64,000 nucleotides of DNA from an uncultured Litoreibacter sp. (GTDB lineage: Bacteria; Pseudomonadota; Alphaproteobacteria; Rhodobacterales; Rhodobacteraceae), in the NCBI RefSeq assembly GCF_947487515.1, contig NZ_CANKWO010000003.1, positions 139,103 through 203,102 of the forward strand. Reading direction: 5' to 3'. Shown here piece by piece: positions 1 through 8,528 of this stretch. The position numbers and the translations under genes were made by a program. The notes under the pieces are model-generated. The model ran no database searches, had not been told where the DNA came from, and worked only from the letters and a program-made list of their open reading frames with translations. How positions within the stretch are numbered: position 1 is the first letter of the stretch; every line of letters starts with the position of its first letter.

Positions 1-1
1 G

Positions 2-385
2 GTGCACACGGCTGGTAAAGACAAGTCGATGCTGGATCCTTTCCGCCCTGAACGCCCCGCCGACATCAAGCGCTTGAAGGCGTTGCAGGCACAGATTCAC
101 GAAACCTTCATTGCGCATGTCCAATCCCGCCGGACATCGAAACTGGCGGAGAACAGCGATCTGTTTTCGGGCGAAATTTGGGTCGGGTCGAAAGCCATTG
201 ACGTTGGCCTTGCCGATGAGATTGGCCACCTAGTGCCAGTGATGAAAGAGCGCTTTGGCGACAAGGTGCGGTTTAACACATTTGGCCCCAAGCGGTCGCT
301 GTTCCAACGTTTTGGCGCACGGATTTTGACCGACACGATGGATCAGCTTGATGAGAAAGCGCTTTGGGCGCAATACGGGCTGTAG
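2..385 (+). CDS. S49-family signal peptide peptidase (SppA-like), C-terminal part; N-terminus lies upstream of the window
   Basis: ORF is open to the window edge. FSGEIWVGSKAIDVGLADEIG resembles the conserved C-terminal core of 36K-type SppA peptidases. Confidence 0.6.
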   Translation: MHTAGKDKSMLDPFRPERPADIKRLKALQAQIHETFIAHVQSRRTSKLAENSDLFSGEIWVGSKAIDVGLADEIGHLVPVMKERFGDKVRFNTFGPKRSLFQRFGARILTDTMDQLDEKALWAQYGL

Positions 386-389
386 TCTG

Positions 390-566
390 ATGATTTTCAA
401 AATCATCACGCTGTTTCTTGTCGGGATGGCAATCTTGGCCATGTTCGGAAAGCTGCGTGTCCCCAAGATCGGGCAGAAGCTGGGTAAGAAAACTGCGCAT
501 AAATGCGCCAAATGCGGAAGCTACAAAATCGGCAAAGGTCCATGTGCCTGCCGCAAAAAGGGCTAG
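390..566 (+). CDS. small membrane-anchored Cys-rich protein (58 aa), function unknown
   Basis: ATG at 390 lies 4 nt after the upstream stop, inside track ORF 348..566. Hydrophobic helix IITLFLVGMAILAMF is followed by a Lys-rich tail with CAKC-N9-CAC. Confidence 0.45.
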   Translation: MIFKIITLFLVGMAILAMFGKLRVPKIGQKLGKKTAHKCAKCGSYKIGKGPCACRKKG

Positions 567-569
567 GTC

Positions 570-1517
570 ATGCTTGAAATCTTTGGGGCCCTCGGCGGGC
601 TGGTAATCTTGCTGCTGGCAGGCGATGCGCTGGTGCGTGGTGCGGTAAATCTGTCTCTTCGGTTGGGCATTCCCGCTTTGATCGTCAGTCTGACAGTTGT
701 TGCCTTTGGTACCTCCGCGCCGGAGCTGCTGATCGCGGTGCAATCCGTCATCGACGGGGTGCCTGGGTTGGCGTTAGGGAATGTTGTTGGCTCCAACACC
801 GCAAATGTTTTGCTGGTTTTGGGGGTTCCGGCCCTTTTTGCGGGCCTGCCGACAAGCCAGTCGGAAACTCAGAAAAGCTACCTACAGATGATTGCAGCTA
901 CCTTGCTGTTTATCGCGGTCAACTTCTTCGGGCCGATTACATGGGTGCATGCCTTGGTGTTGCTGGCCGGTATGGCTTTGATCCTAACAGATCAGTTTCG
1001 CGACGCGCTCAGTGGGCGGGTGGACAAAGGCGACGAGGAACCTGAAGGGGCGGACCCGACCATGAAGGGCTGGAAGATCGCAGCGTTCTTGATCGCCGGT
1101 TTGATTGGCCTGCCCTTGGGCGCCAGTTTGCTGGTGGACAACGCAAGCGCAATCGCCATGCGCATGGGTGTGTCGGAAACGGTCATCGGGCTTACGCTTG
1201 TGGCAATCGGGACGTCCTTGCCTGAACTGGCCACGACCGTGGTTGCAGCTATGCGTAAACATGCGGATGTTGCCTTGGGTAACGTCATTGGATCAAACCT
1301 GTTTAACCTGTTGGTTATCGTCGGCGTTGCCGGACTGGTTGGCCCGATACCCGTGCCCGAAGCGTTCTTGCGGTTTGACCTTTGGGTGATGTTAGGGGCC
1401 TCGCTGATCCTGATCCCGATTGTCTTCATGCGCAAAGATCTAGGGAAACGTTGGGGCTTCACATTATGTGCGCTATACGTGACCTATATTTTCATTGTGC
1501 TGAACACTGGGGGCTGA
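570..1517 (+). CDS. Ca2+/Na+ antiporter, YrbG/CaCA family
   Basis: 315 aa polytopic protein with two alpha-repeats (GTSAPELL...GNVVGSN and GTSLPELA...GNVIGSN) typical of sodium/calcium exchanger membrane regions. Confidence 0.85.
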   Translation: MLEIFGALGGLVILLLAGDALVRGAVNLSLRLGIPALIVSLTVVAFGTSAPELLIAVQSVIDGVPGLALGNVVGSNTANVLLVLGVPALFAGLPTSQSETQKSYLQMIAATLLFIAVNFFGPITWVHALVLLAGMALILTDQFRDALSGRVDKGDEEPEGADPTMKGWKIAAFLIAGLIGLPLGASLLVDNASAIAMRMGVSETVIGLTLVAIGTSLPELATTVVAAMRKHADVALGNVIGSNLFNLLVIVGVAGLVGPIPVPEAFLRFDLWVMLGASLILIPIVFMRKDLGKRWGFTLCALYVTYIFIVLNTGG

Positions 1518-1519
1518 AG

Positions 1520-2305
1520 TTGATCCAAGGGCGAGCGTTAGTAACAGGAGCGGCAGACAGGCTGGGACGTGCGCTGGCCCTCCAGTTGGCCGACATGGGG
1601 TTCGATGTGGCTGTGCACTACGGCACCTCTGAGGACGCAGCCCTTGAGACAGTGGCAATGATCGAAGCCAAGGGCCGCAAAGCAGCGGCTCTGCAAGCGG
1701 ACTTACTGGATATGGACGCGGCGGAGGCCTTGGTTCCTGCCGCAGCACAGGCGCTCAATGGCCCGCTTTCTGTGCTGGTCAACAACGCCTCGATCTTTGA
1801 GTATGATACCCTCGCATCAGCCACCCGCGAAAACTGGGATCGGCACATGGGGTCCAATTTTCAGGCCCCGTTCTTACTGACGCAGGCCTTTGCTCGCCAA
1901 GCGCCGGATGTAGCGGCTGACGAGAATGCAGAGCCGGTCGCGCAAGCGGCGATCATCAACATGATAGATCAACGCGTGCGCAAACTCACACCAGAATTCA
2001 TGACCTACACGCTCGCAAAAATGGGGCTATGGGCACTGACCCAAACCTCTGCGCAGGCCTTGGCGCCTGCGGTTCGCGTCAATGCAATTGGCCCCGGTCC
2101 GACGGTGCAGGGTATTCGCCAATCAGGCTCTCATTTCACCAAACAACGTGCGGCGACGGTTCTGGGGCGTGGTTCAAACCCGCAAGATGTAACTGCCGCG
2201 TTGGAATATATCCTCAAGTCACCTGCATTAACTGGTCAGCTTTTGTGCATTGATGGGGGGCAGCATTTAGGATGGCAGACACCTGACGTGATTGGTGTCG
2301 AGTAG
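1520..2305 (+). CDS. short-chain dehydrogenase/reductase (pteridine-reductase-like SDR)
   Basis: ALVTGAADRLGR nucleotide-binding motif, NNAS and YTLAK (YxxxK). The track ORF start 1382 overlaps the antiporter, so I trimmed to TTG 1520 (CTG 1514 also possible). Confidence 0.8.
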   Translation: MIQGRALVTGAADRLGRALALQLADMGFDVAVHYGTSEDAALETVAMIEAKGRKAAALQADLLDMDAAEALVPAAAQALNGPLSVLVNNASIFEYDTLASATRENWDRHMGSNFQAPFLLTQAFARQAPDVAADENAEPVAQAAIINMIDQRVRKLTPEFMTYTLAKMGLWALTQTSAQALAPAVRVNAIGPGPTVQGIRQSGSHFTKQRAATVLGRGSNPQDVTAALEYILKSPALTGQLLCIDGGQHLGWQTPDVIGVE

Positions 2306-2611
2306 AAGAAAAGTCCCGTTTTTTGCTTTTCATGCATTGACTTGTCCACGGCAACCAAGATCGTCACGATTCTGTTACCAAAAAGTTAATGTTTTCAGTC
2401 GTTTGGAAAGAGGGCATAAAAATATAATCTAAAATCAAAGACTTGAGCGACTGCCTAATTTTTAGGCAGTGCGCTTTTGACCCCATAAACTAAGGATAAA
2501 TCCACGCTCAGAGGATTTCTCCCACAAGGTTATCCACAAGAACGGTGGAAACCTTTTATCTTGATCCCAATTGCGGGACAGTGCAGCGAAGTAAGGAATC
2601 ACACCACTCCA

Positions 2612-4501
2612 ATGACTGACGCTATGCCCCCCTCGAATGATACCAGCGAAGATGCAGAAGCGATCACCGGCCACGCTTGTGTGCATTCGTATCTGAAGAC
2701 GCTCGACAATTCGCCCGGGGTCTACCGGATGCTCGATGCGCAGCAGCGTGTGCTCTATGTGGGCAAGGCGCGGGCGCTGAAAAAGCGGGTTTCCAACTAC
2801 GCCAACCCCAATGGCCACGTCCCAAGAATATCACGGATGATTTCCGAGACGACATCGATGATGTTTCTCACCACCAAGACCGAAACAGAGGCGCTGCTTC
2901 TAGAGCAAAACCTGATCAAGCAGCTTAAGCCAAAGTATAATGTGTTGTTGCGAGACGACAAAAGCTTCCCAAATATTCTGGTGACAACCCAGCACGGGTT
3001 CCCACAGATCAAGAAGCATCGCGGCGCAAAGCGCGAGAAGGGCAGCTACTACGGACCCTTCGCGTCGGCAGGGGCTGTGAACCGGACGTTGAACCAGCTG
3101 CAAAGGGCCTTCTTGCTGCGCAATTGCTCTGACAGTGACTTTGAGACCCGCTCTCGCCCGTGTTTGCAATATCAGATCAAGCGCTGTGCGGCGCCCTGTG
3201 TGGGAAAGATCAGCGATAAGGAATACTCCAAACTGGTGAAGGATGCGCAAAACTTCTTGTCTGGGCGTTCCACCAATATGCAAGAAAAGCTGGCGGAACA
3301 GATGCAACAAGCCTCTGACGAGATGGAATTTGAGCGTGCCGCCGCCCTGCGCGATCGCATCCGTGCGCTGACCCAAGTGCAAACCGCCCAAGGGATCAAT
3401 CCGCACACCGTGTCCGAGGCGGATATCATCGCGCTGCATCTGGAACATGGTCAGGCCTGCGTGCAGGTCTTCTTCATCCGCGCAAACCAAAATTGGGGAA
3501 ACCGCGACTTCTACCCAAAAACGGCAAACGCGGCCGAGGCTGAAATTTTGCAAGCCTTCATGGGGCAATTCTACGGGGACAAAGAGCCCCCACGCCAAAT
3601 CATCCTGTCGCATGCGATCGAGGATCCCGATTTGATGGCGGATGCTTTGGGGCAGAAGATCAACCGCAAAGTCGAAATTCTGACACCGCAACGTGGTGAA
3701 AAGCAGGAGTTGGTCACCGGAGCCCTGCGGAACGCCCGCGAAAGTCTGGCCCGCAAAATGTCTGAAACGGCGACGCAGGCGAAACTTCTGCAAGGCGTGG
3801 CGGATGCATTTAACTTGGACGCCCCGCCCAAGCGGATCGAGGTCTACGACAACTCTCATATTTCCGGCACAAACGCTGTAGGCGGGATGATTGTTGCAGG
3901 GCCGGAAGGCTTCATGCGCAACCAGTACCGCAAATTCAACATCAAGGGCGAGGACCTCGTTCCCGGGGATGACTTCGGGATGATGAAAGAGGTGCTGGGG
4001 CGGCGCTTCAAGCGGTTGCAAAAAGAAGACCCAGACCGAAAGACAGACATGTGGCCCGACCTGCTGCTGATTGACGGCGGGGCGGGGCAGGTGTCCGCCG
4101 TACGCCAGATTATGCGCGAGATGAACGTCGAAGATATCGCTATGGTTGGGGTGGCCAAAGGCGAGGACCGCGATGCGGGCAAGGAAGAGTTCCACCGCAC
4201 AGGCAAGCGCCCCTTTTCGCTTCGGCACAATGATCCGGTGCTGTATTTCATCCAACGCATGCGCGACGAAGTCCACCGCTTTGCCATCGGCACCCATCGC
4301 GCCAAACGCGCCAAGTCACAAATGAAGAACCCGTTGGACGAAATCGAAGGCGTAGGCCCGAAACGCAAAAGGGCGCTCTTGTTGCACTTTGGGTCTGCCA
4401 AGGCGGTATCACGCGCAAACCTATCCGATTTGATGAGTGTCGAAGGCGTGTCCGAAGCCATGGCGCAAACGATCTACGACCACTTCCACGAAAAGGGATG
4501 A
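2612..4501 (+). CDS. uvrC: excinuclease ABC subunit C
   Basis: GIY-YIG N-terminus (GVYRMLD...VLYVGKA...RV.NY), UVR domain, Endo V-like domain and C-terminal HhH. Start chosen at the ATG giving MTDAMPP. Confidence 0.95.
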   Translation: MTDAMPPSNDTSEDAEAITGHACVHSYLKTLDNSPGVYRMLDAQQRVLYVGKARALKKRVSNYANPNGHVPRISRMISETTSMMFLTTKTETEALLLEQNLIKQLKPKYNVLLRDDKSFPNILVTTQHGFPQIKKHRGAKREKGSYYGPFASAGAVNRTLNQLQRAFLLRNCSDSDFETRSRPCLQYQIKRCAAPCVGKISDKEYSKLVKDAQNFLSGRSTNMQEKLAEQMQQASDEMEFERAAALRDRIRALTQVQTAQGINPHTVSEADIIALHLEHGQACVQVFFIRANQNWGNRDFYPKTANAAEAEILQAFMGQFYGDKEPPRQIILSHAIEDPDLMADALGQKINRKVEILTPQRGEKQELVTGALRNARESLARKMSETATQAKLLQGVADAFNLDAPPKRIEVYDNSHISGTNAVGGMIVAGPEGFMRNQYRKFNIKGEDLVPGDDFGMMKEVLGRRFKRLQKEDPDRKTDMWPDLLLIDGGAGQVSAVRQIMREMNVEDIAMVGVAKGEDRDAGKEEFHRTGKRPFSLRHNDPVLYFIQRMRDEVHRFAIGTHRAKRAKSQMKNPLDEIEGVGPKRKRALLLHFGSAKAVSRANLSDLMSVEGVSEAMAQTIYDHFHEKG

Positions 4502-4565
4502 TGACGTTCCTTGCGGGCACAATGGCCTCTTGGAGATGTGGCATGTTCGCCTTAGCGTAGCGGGC

Positions 4566-5855
4566 ATGAGTGATAATATCGCCTTAGGGGCCCGTATAGA
4601 CAGCAAGCGCGACGACCTGATCGCGTTGACGCAGGATTTGGTGCGCATTCCGACATTGAACCCTCCGGGTGAAAACTACCGCGAGATTTGCGAGTACCTT
4701 TTGCGGCGCTTTGAGGCGCGCGGATTTACCTGCGAGTTGGTCCGAGCACTCGACACCCCCGGCGACTGCGAAAAATTCCCGCGTTGGAACATCGTTGCGC
4801 GGTACGACGGCAAGACCACGGGTGACTGCGTTCATTTCAACAGCCACACCGATGTGGTCGAGGTCGGCGCCGGATGGACAACAGATCCGTTCGGCGGGGA
4901 ACTAAAAGACGGCAAAATCTACGGGCGCGGCACTTGCGACATGAAAGGGGGGCTTGCGGCCTCCATCATTGCCGCTGAAGCGTTCATCGAACATCACCCC
5001 GACTTCGGCGGCAGCATAGAAATCAGCGGCACCGCAGACGAGGAAACCGGCGGCTACGGCGGTGTGGCCTATTTGGCGGAACAGGGGCGCTACAAACACG
5101 TCCAGCACGTCATCATCCCCGAACCCTTGCAGAAGGATCGCATCTGCCTCGGCCATCGCGGCGTTTGGTGGGCAGAGCTGGAAACCCACGGCGAAATTGC
5201 TCACGGCTCCATGCCATTCTTGGGGGATTGCGCGCTGCGCCACATGGGCGCGGTGCTGCACGAAATGGAGGAAACCCTGTTTCCAGCCTTGGCGCAGAAA
5301 AGAACCGCAATGCCGGTGGTGCCCGTCGGGGCGCGGTCGTCGACCTTGAACATCAACTCGCTGCATGGCGGGCAGGCCGAACCGGAGCCTGACTTCACCG
5401 GCTTGCCCTCGGCTTGCGTTCCGGATCATGCGAAAATGATCATCGATCGCCGCTACCTTATGGAAGAAAGCAAATCCGAGGTCGAAGCCGAGGTGCGCGC
5501 GGTTTTGGAAAAGGTAAAGGCCACGCGCGAAAACTTCCGCTATGATCTCAACGAGATTTGGTCGGTAGAGCCAACGATGGCCAGAAAAGACGCGCCGGTG
5601 GTTACCTCCGTCGCCAAGGCGATTGGTGACGTTCTGGGGAAAGAGGCGGAATATGTCGTCTCCCCTGGAACCTATGATCAAAAGCACATCGACCGTATCG
5701 GCAAGCTGAAGAACTGTATCGCTTACGGGCCGGGGCTGTTGGAGCTGGCGCATAAGCCGGATGAATACGTGGGGGTCGATGACATGCTCGACAGCGCGAA
5801 AGTGATGGGCGCGGTTCTGGTGGACCTGCTCACCCAAAAGGGGGCGCAGGGGTGA
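4566..5855 (+). CDS. M20-family metallohydrolase (ArgE/DapE/ACY1-type deacylase)
   Basis: HFNSHTDVV, GRGTCDMKGG and ADEETGG metal-ligand motifs. ATG 4566 gives MSDNIALG; the upstream part of the track ORF overlaps the uvrC end. Confidence 0.85.
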   Translation: MSDNIALGARIDSKRDDLIALTQDLVRIPTLNPPGENYREICEYLLRRFEARGFTCELVRALDTPGDCEKFPRWNIVARYDGKTTGDCVHFNSHTDVVEVGAGWTTDPFGGELKDGKIYGRGTCDMKGGLAASIIAAEAFIEHHPDFGGSIEISGTADEETGGYGGVAYLAEQGRYKHVQHVIIPEPLQKDRICLGHRGVWWAELETHGEIAHGSMPFLGDCALRHMGAVLHEMEETLFPALAQKRTAMPVVPVGARSSTLNINSLHGGQAEPEPDFTGLPSACVPDHAKMIIDRRYLMEESKSEVEAEVRAVLEKVKATRENFRYDLNEIWSVEPTMARKDAPVVTSVAKAIGDVLGKEAEYVVSPGTYDQKHIDRIGKLKNCIAYGPGLLELAHKPDEYVGVDDMLDSAKVMGAVLVDLLTQKGAQG

Positions 5856-6817
5856 CCGACGGCCACCCTTCAGTGAAATGGCTCAGCTCGTTTTGTGCCA
5901 TTGCACATAGCGGCTCTATTCAAACAGCCGCGGATCAGACGCGTTTATCGATCAGCACTGTGTCGCATCGTTTGAAATGCCTCGAAGACCATCTGGGCGT
6001 GGCGTTGGTCGATCATTCCAGCCGCCCGATGGTGCTGACCGCAAATGGTGCGGTGTACCTGCGATACGCCGAAGAAGTGCTGGAGCTGTTGACGCAGGCG
6101 CAGGGGGACATCTCCTCGCTGGTGCCGCATGACCTGCGCCGCTTGCGCTTTGCGATGATCGAAGATTTCGAGAGCGACATCGGGCCGGAAATCACGCGGC
6201 TGCTGGCTGGGGCGCTCCCGAAGTGTCACTTCACCCAATACACCCGCATGAGCCATGAAATTCTTAGCCTCCTACGGGACCGCGAGGTTGATATCGGGAT
6301 CGCGACCCATCCGCCTACCCCGCTGCCCAATGTCCATGAATACCCTTTGCTGCGGGATCCGTTCGTTCTGGCGGTGCCCGCCACAGCGACCGAGCCCGCT
6401 GAAGATTTTGTCGAAGGGCGAAGCGACCTGCCGTTTTTGCGCTATATGCGCGGTCAGATTATGGGTGACATGATCGAGGCACAGCTGACCCGCATGCGCT
6501 TGAAGCTGGAGAACCGGTTCGAGCTGGACAGTACATCTTCGATCATGAAGCTGATTTCGCAAAATGGCGGCTGGGCGATCACCACACCCAGCAACTACGC
6601 ACGCAGCAAACGGTTTCACACGCAGGTCCGGTTGTTGCCATTCCCACGCAAAAGCTTTGCGCGCACCATCTCTATGTTTGTGGCCGAAAATCACCTGTCC
6701 GAGGTGGCCAAGGTGGTCTCTACGGCGCTGCGTAGCCAGCTTGCCACGCAAACCATCGGCCCAATCGTCGAGGCAGAGCCTTGGCTGGTCGACAGCTACC
6801 GGCTGATCAACGACTGA
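5852..6817 (+). CDS. LysR-family transcriptional regulator
   Basis: N-terminal wHTH (FCAIAHSGSIQTAADQTRLSISTVSHRLKCLEDHLGVALV) plus a substrate-binding domain. The GTG start overlaps the M20 stop (GTGA). Confidence 0.85.
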   Translation: MTDGHPSVKWLSSFCAIAHSGSIQTAADQTRLSISTVSHRLKCLEDHLGVALVDHSSRPMVLTANGAVYLRYAEEVLELLTQAQGDISSLVPHDLRRLRFAMIEDFESDIGPEITRLLAGALPKCHFTQYTRMSHEILSLLRDREVDIGIATHPPTPLPNVHEYPLLRDPFVLAVPATATEPAEDFVEGRSDLPFLRYMRGQIMGDMIEAQLTRMRLKLENRFELDSTSSIMKLISQNGGWAITTPSNYARSKRFHTQVRLLPFPRKSFARTISMFVAENHLSEVAKVVSTALRSQLATQTIGPIVEAEPWLVDSYRLIND

Positions 6818-6819
6818 CG

Positions 6820-8346
6820 TCAGGTGAGGATGTTGAACTCGGCGCGAATTGCCGCGTCCGCCTCTGCGGACAGGTAATTGGGGTGATGCGTCTCAAGGAC
6901 ATTGCGCGCCTTGGCTTTCGCCCGCGCCCACGCATCCAACCCGCCCGCATCTTCCCACGCCCGAGGCTGGCTGCGGTCGGCAAGCTTGGGGTAGTAGTAG
7001 TCCCGTTCCATCGCCTGATAAGTGAAATCGGCACCAAGGAAATGACCGTCCCCCAGTATGGCGTCGCACATATTGTCGAAGCCCAAATTTTCCCTCGACA
7101 CCTCTATCCCGCGTAGGGCGCGGTAGGTCATTGCGTGCATTTCGTCGTCCAGAATGAAGGCCTCGAAGCTGGCCCCCAATAGGGCCGCTGTCATGCCCGA
7201 GCTTTCATAGATCAGGTTCCCCCCCGCAAGGGCTGCGGCCAAGCTTGTCATGCCTTTCTCGACCCCATATTGCGCGTCGATTGCCTTGGAATCCGTCATG
7301 GAGCAGGCGACGCCCGACGGCAGCCCCAGCCAGTTGGACAATTGTGCCGAGGCCGCGTTCAAGACGGTTGTCTCACCCCCGCCCCCAGCGAAGGCGCCCG
7401 TGCGCAGATCGACCACCAATGGCCAGTTTGAGAACACCATCGGAAAACCAGGCGAGATGACATTGACCATCACTAGGCTGGCCAGCGTTTCTGCCAAAGA
7501 TTGGGCAAGAAATCCCGCCAGCGTGGCAGGTGCCGTTGCACCGGCTTGAGCGGCGGTAATGCAAGACATGGGGATGTTGTGCTCGATACATTTGTACACC
7601 ACATCGACGGCATCCTCGCCGTAGCGCATGGGGGAGATTACGGGGCTGATATGGGCCTTGGCAAAGGGGCGTTTGGCAAATTCCCCGGTCCCGCCGGCGG
7701 CGATGTCGAACATGCGCACGATGGGATCGACATGGGCGGCCACGGTAAAGGCGGTGGCGACGGGTTTCTCGGTGTTGCGCAGTAGCGCATAGGCGGTGTT
7801 CACATCCAGATCGAACATGTCCGGCACATCTGTGGCGATGCAGCAGCGGGTAAACCACGCGACGTTGTCCAACGTATCTTGCAGGCGGGTGAAATTATGC
7901 AGGTCTTCGAGGGTGGAGGGGCGATAGCCCCCCGTTTCCAAATCAAGCGTGTTCACCGCGGCGCCGCCGGTCCCGAAATACACACGGTCGTCGCCCACAG
8001 TGATGTCACGGGCGGTGTCGCGGCCATAAAGGGTGAAGCTCTTGGCTGCGCTTTCTATTGAACGTTGCACCAGTGCATTGGGGAACCCGATGCGGCCGCC
8101 TCCAAGGTCGCGAGCACCTGCCGCGATCAAGTCGTGGCGCAATCTGTCCGGCACCTCGCCCATCCCAAGGTCGGCCAGAAGTCGCAGCGCGGTGTCGTAG
8201 ATCGCCTGCAGTTCGCTGTCTGCCAAGGGGCGATACATCCCGCCCCGTTGCCCTGACGGGGCGGGGTTGACCGGCAGTGGAGCGGCACGCGCCTTAAGAC
8301 GTGCTTGGCGTCCCGAGCGTCGTTGTGCTTTTGTGTCCCGAGGCAT
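6820..8346 (-). CDS. trimethylamine methyltransferase (MttB) superfamily protein, non-pyrrolysine type
   Basis: 508 aa uninterrupted ORF with MttB-family features by eye (LSDSELQAIYDTALRLL-type N-terminus, C-terminal ...FLGADFTY...). No in-frame TAG. Confidence 0.8.
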   Translation of the reverse strand: MPRDTKAQRRSGRQARLKARAAPLPVNPAPSGQRGGMYRPLADSELQAIYDTALRLLADLGMGEVPDRLRHDLIAAGARDLGGGRIGFPNALVQRSIESAAKSFTLYGRDTARDITVGDDRVYFGTGGAAVNTLDLETGGYRPSTLEDLHNFTRLQDTLDNVAWFTRCCIATDVPDMFDLDVNTAYALLRNTEKPVATAFTVAAHVDPIVRMFDIAAGGTGEFAKRPFAKAHISPVISPMRYGEDAVDVVYKCIEHNIPMSCITAAQAGATAPATLAGFLAQSLAETLASLVMVNVISPGFPMVFSNWPLVVDLRTGAFAGGGGETTVLNAASAQLSNWLGLPSGVACSMTDSKAIDAQYGVEKGMTSLAAALAGGNLIYESSGMTAALLGASFEAFILDDEMHAMTYRALRGIEVSRENLGFDNMCDAILGDGHFLGADFTYQAMERDYYYPKLADRSQPRAWEDAGGLDAWARAKAKARNVLETHHPNYLSAEADAAIRAEFNILT

Positions 8347-8528
8347 TTCGAGGTCCCTTCAGAAATGGCCTCAACATCCAAATCCCGCGGCCCTTTCGTT
8401 GCAATGGGCATTTCTTTTCTCCAATTTTATGCGAACAAGTTTTCGAATTTTTGGGAATTGCGACCCCAACATTGACCCCAAAGGGAAATTTCAAGTGAGA
8501 TGGCGTGTCACCAAATGAGGCCGCCAAC

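Noticed and set aside
2530-2538. A perfect DnaA box TTATCCACA in an AT-rich spacer, considered as a possible chromosomal origin (oriC).
   Set aside because: There is only one consensus box. A given 9-mer is expected roughly 0.5 times by chance in 64 kb on two strands. There is no cluster of boxes, no obvious DUE repeats, and no dnaA/dnaN/parAB/hemE-type origin neighbourhood.
2900-4297. Very long ORFs antisense to well-supported genes: 2900-4297 (465 aa, opposite uvrC), 4902-5837, 13565-14377, 24597-25799 (400 aa, opposite pyrC), 31586-33037 (483 aa, opposite the RND permease), 48036-48968, 57549-58898 (449 aa) and 59034-60140.
   Set aside because: These are typical shadow ORFs of G+C-rich DNA. 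Their products are Arg/His/Gly/Pro/Gln-rich low-complexity strings without recognisable motifs, they have no plausible RBS, and the opposite strand encodes proteins with clear family signatures.
6820-8346. Possible pyrrolysine (in-frame UAG) in the MttB-family gene.
   Set aside because: The ORF is uninterrupted over 508 codons with no internal TAG, and no pyl genes are in the window. It is a non-Pyl family member.
8267-8518. Small ORFs (8267-8518, 8301-8498, 8294-8584) in the mttB/DMGDH divergent spacer, and a search there for a glycine riboswitch or a clear LysR T-N11-A box.
   Set aside because: The ORFs overlap each other and the mttB start and have no coding signature. I could not recognise the glycine-riboswitch conserved cores or an unambiguous LysR palindrome by eye, so nothing is claimed.
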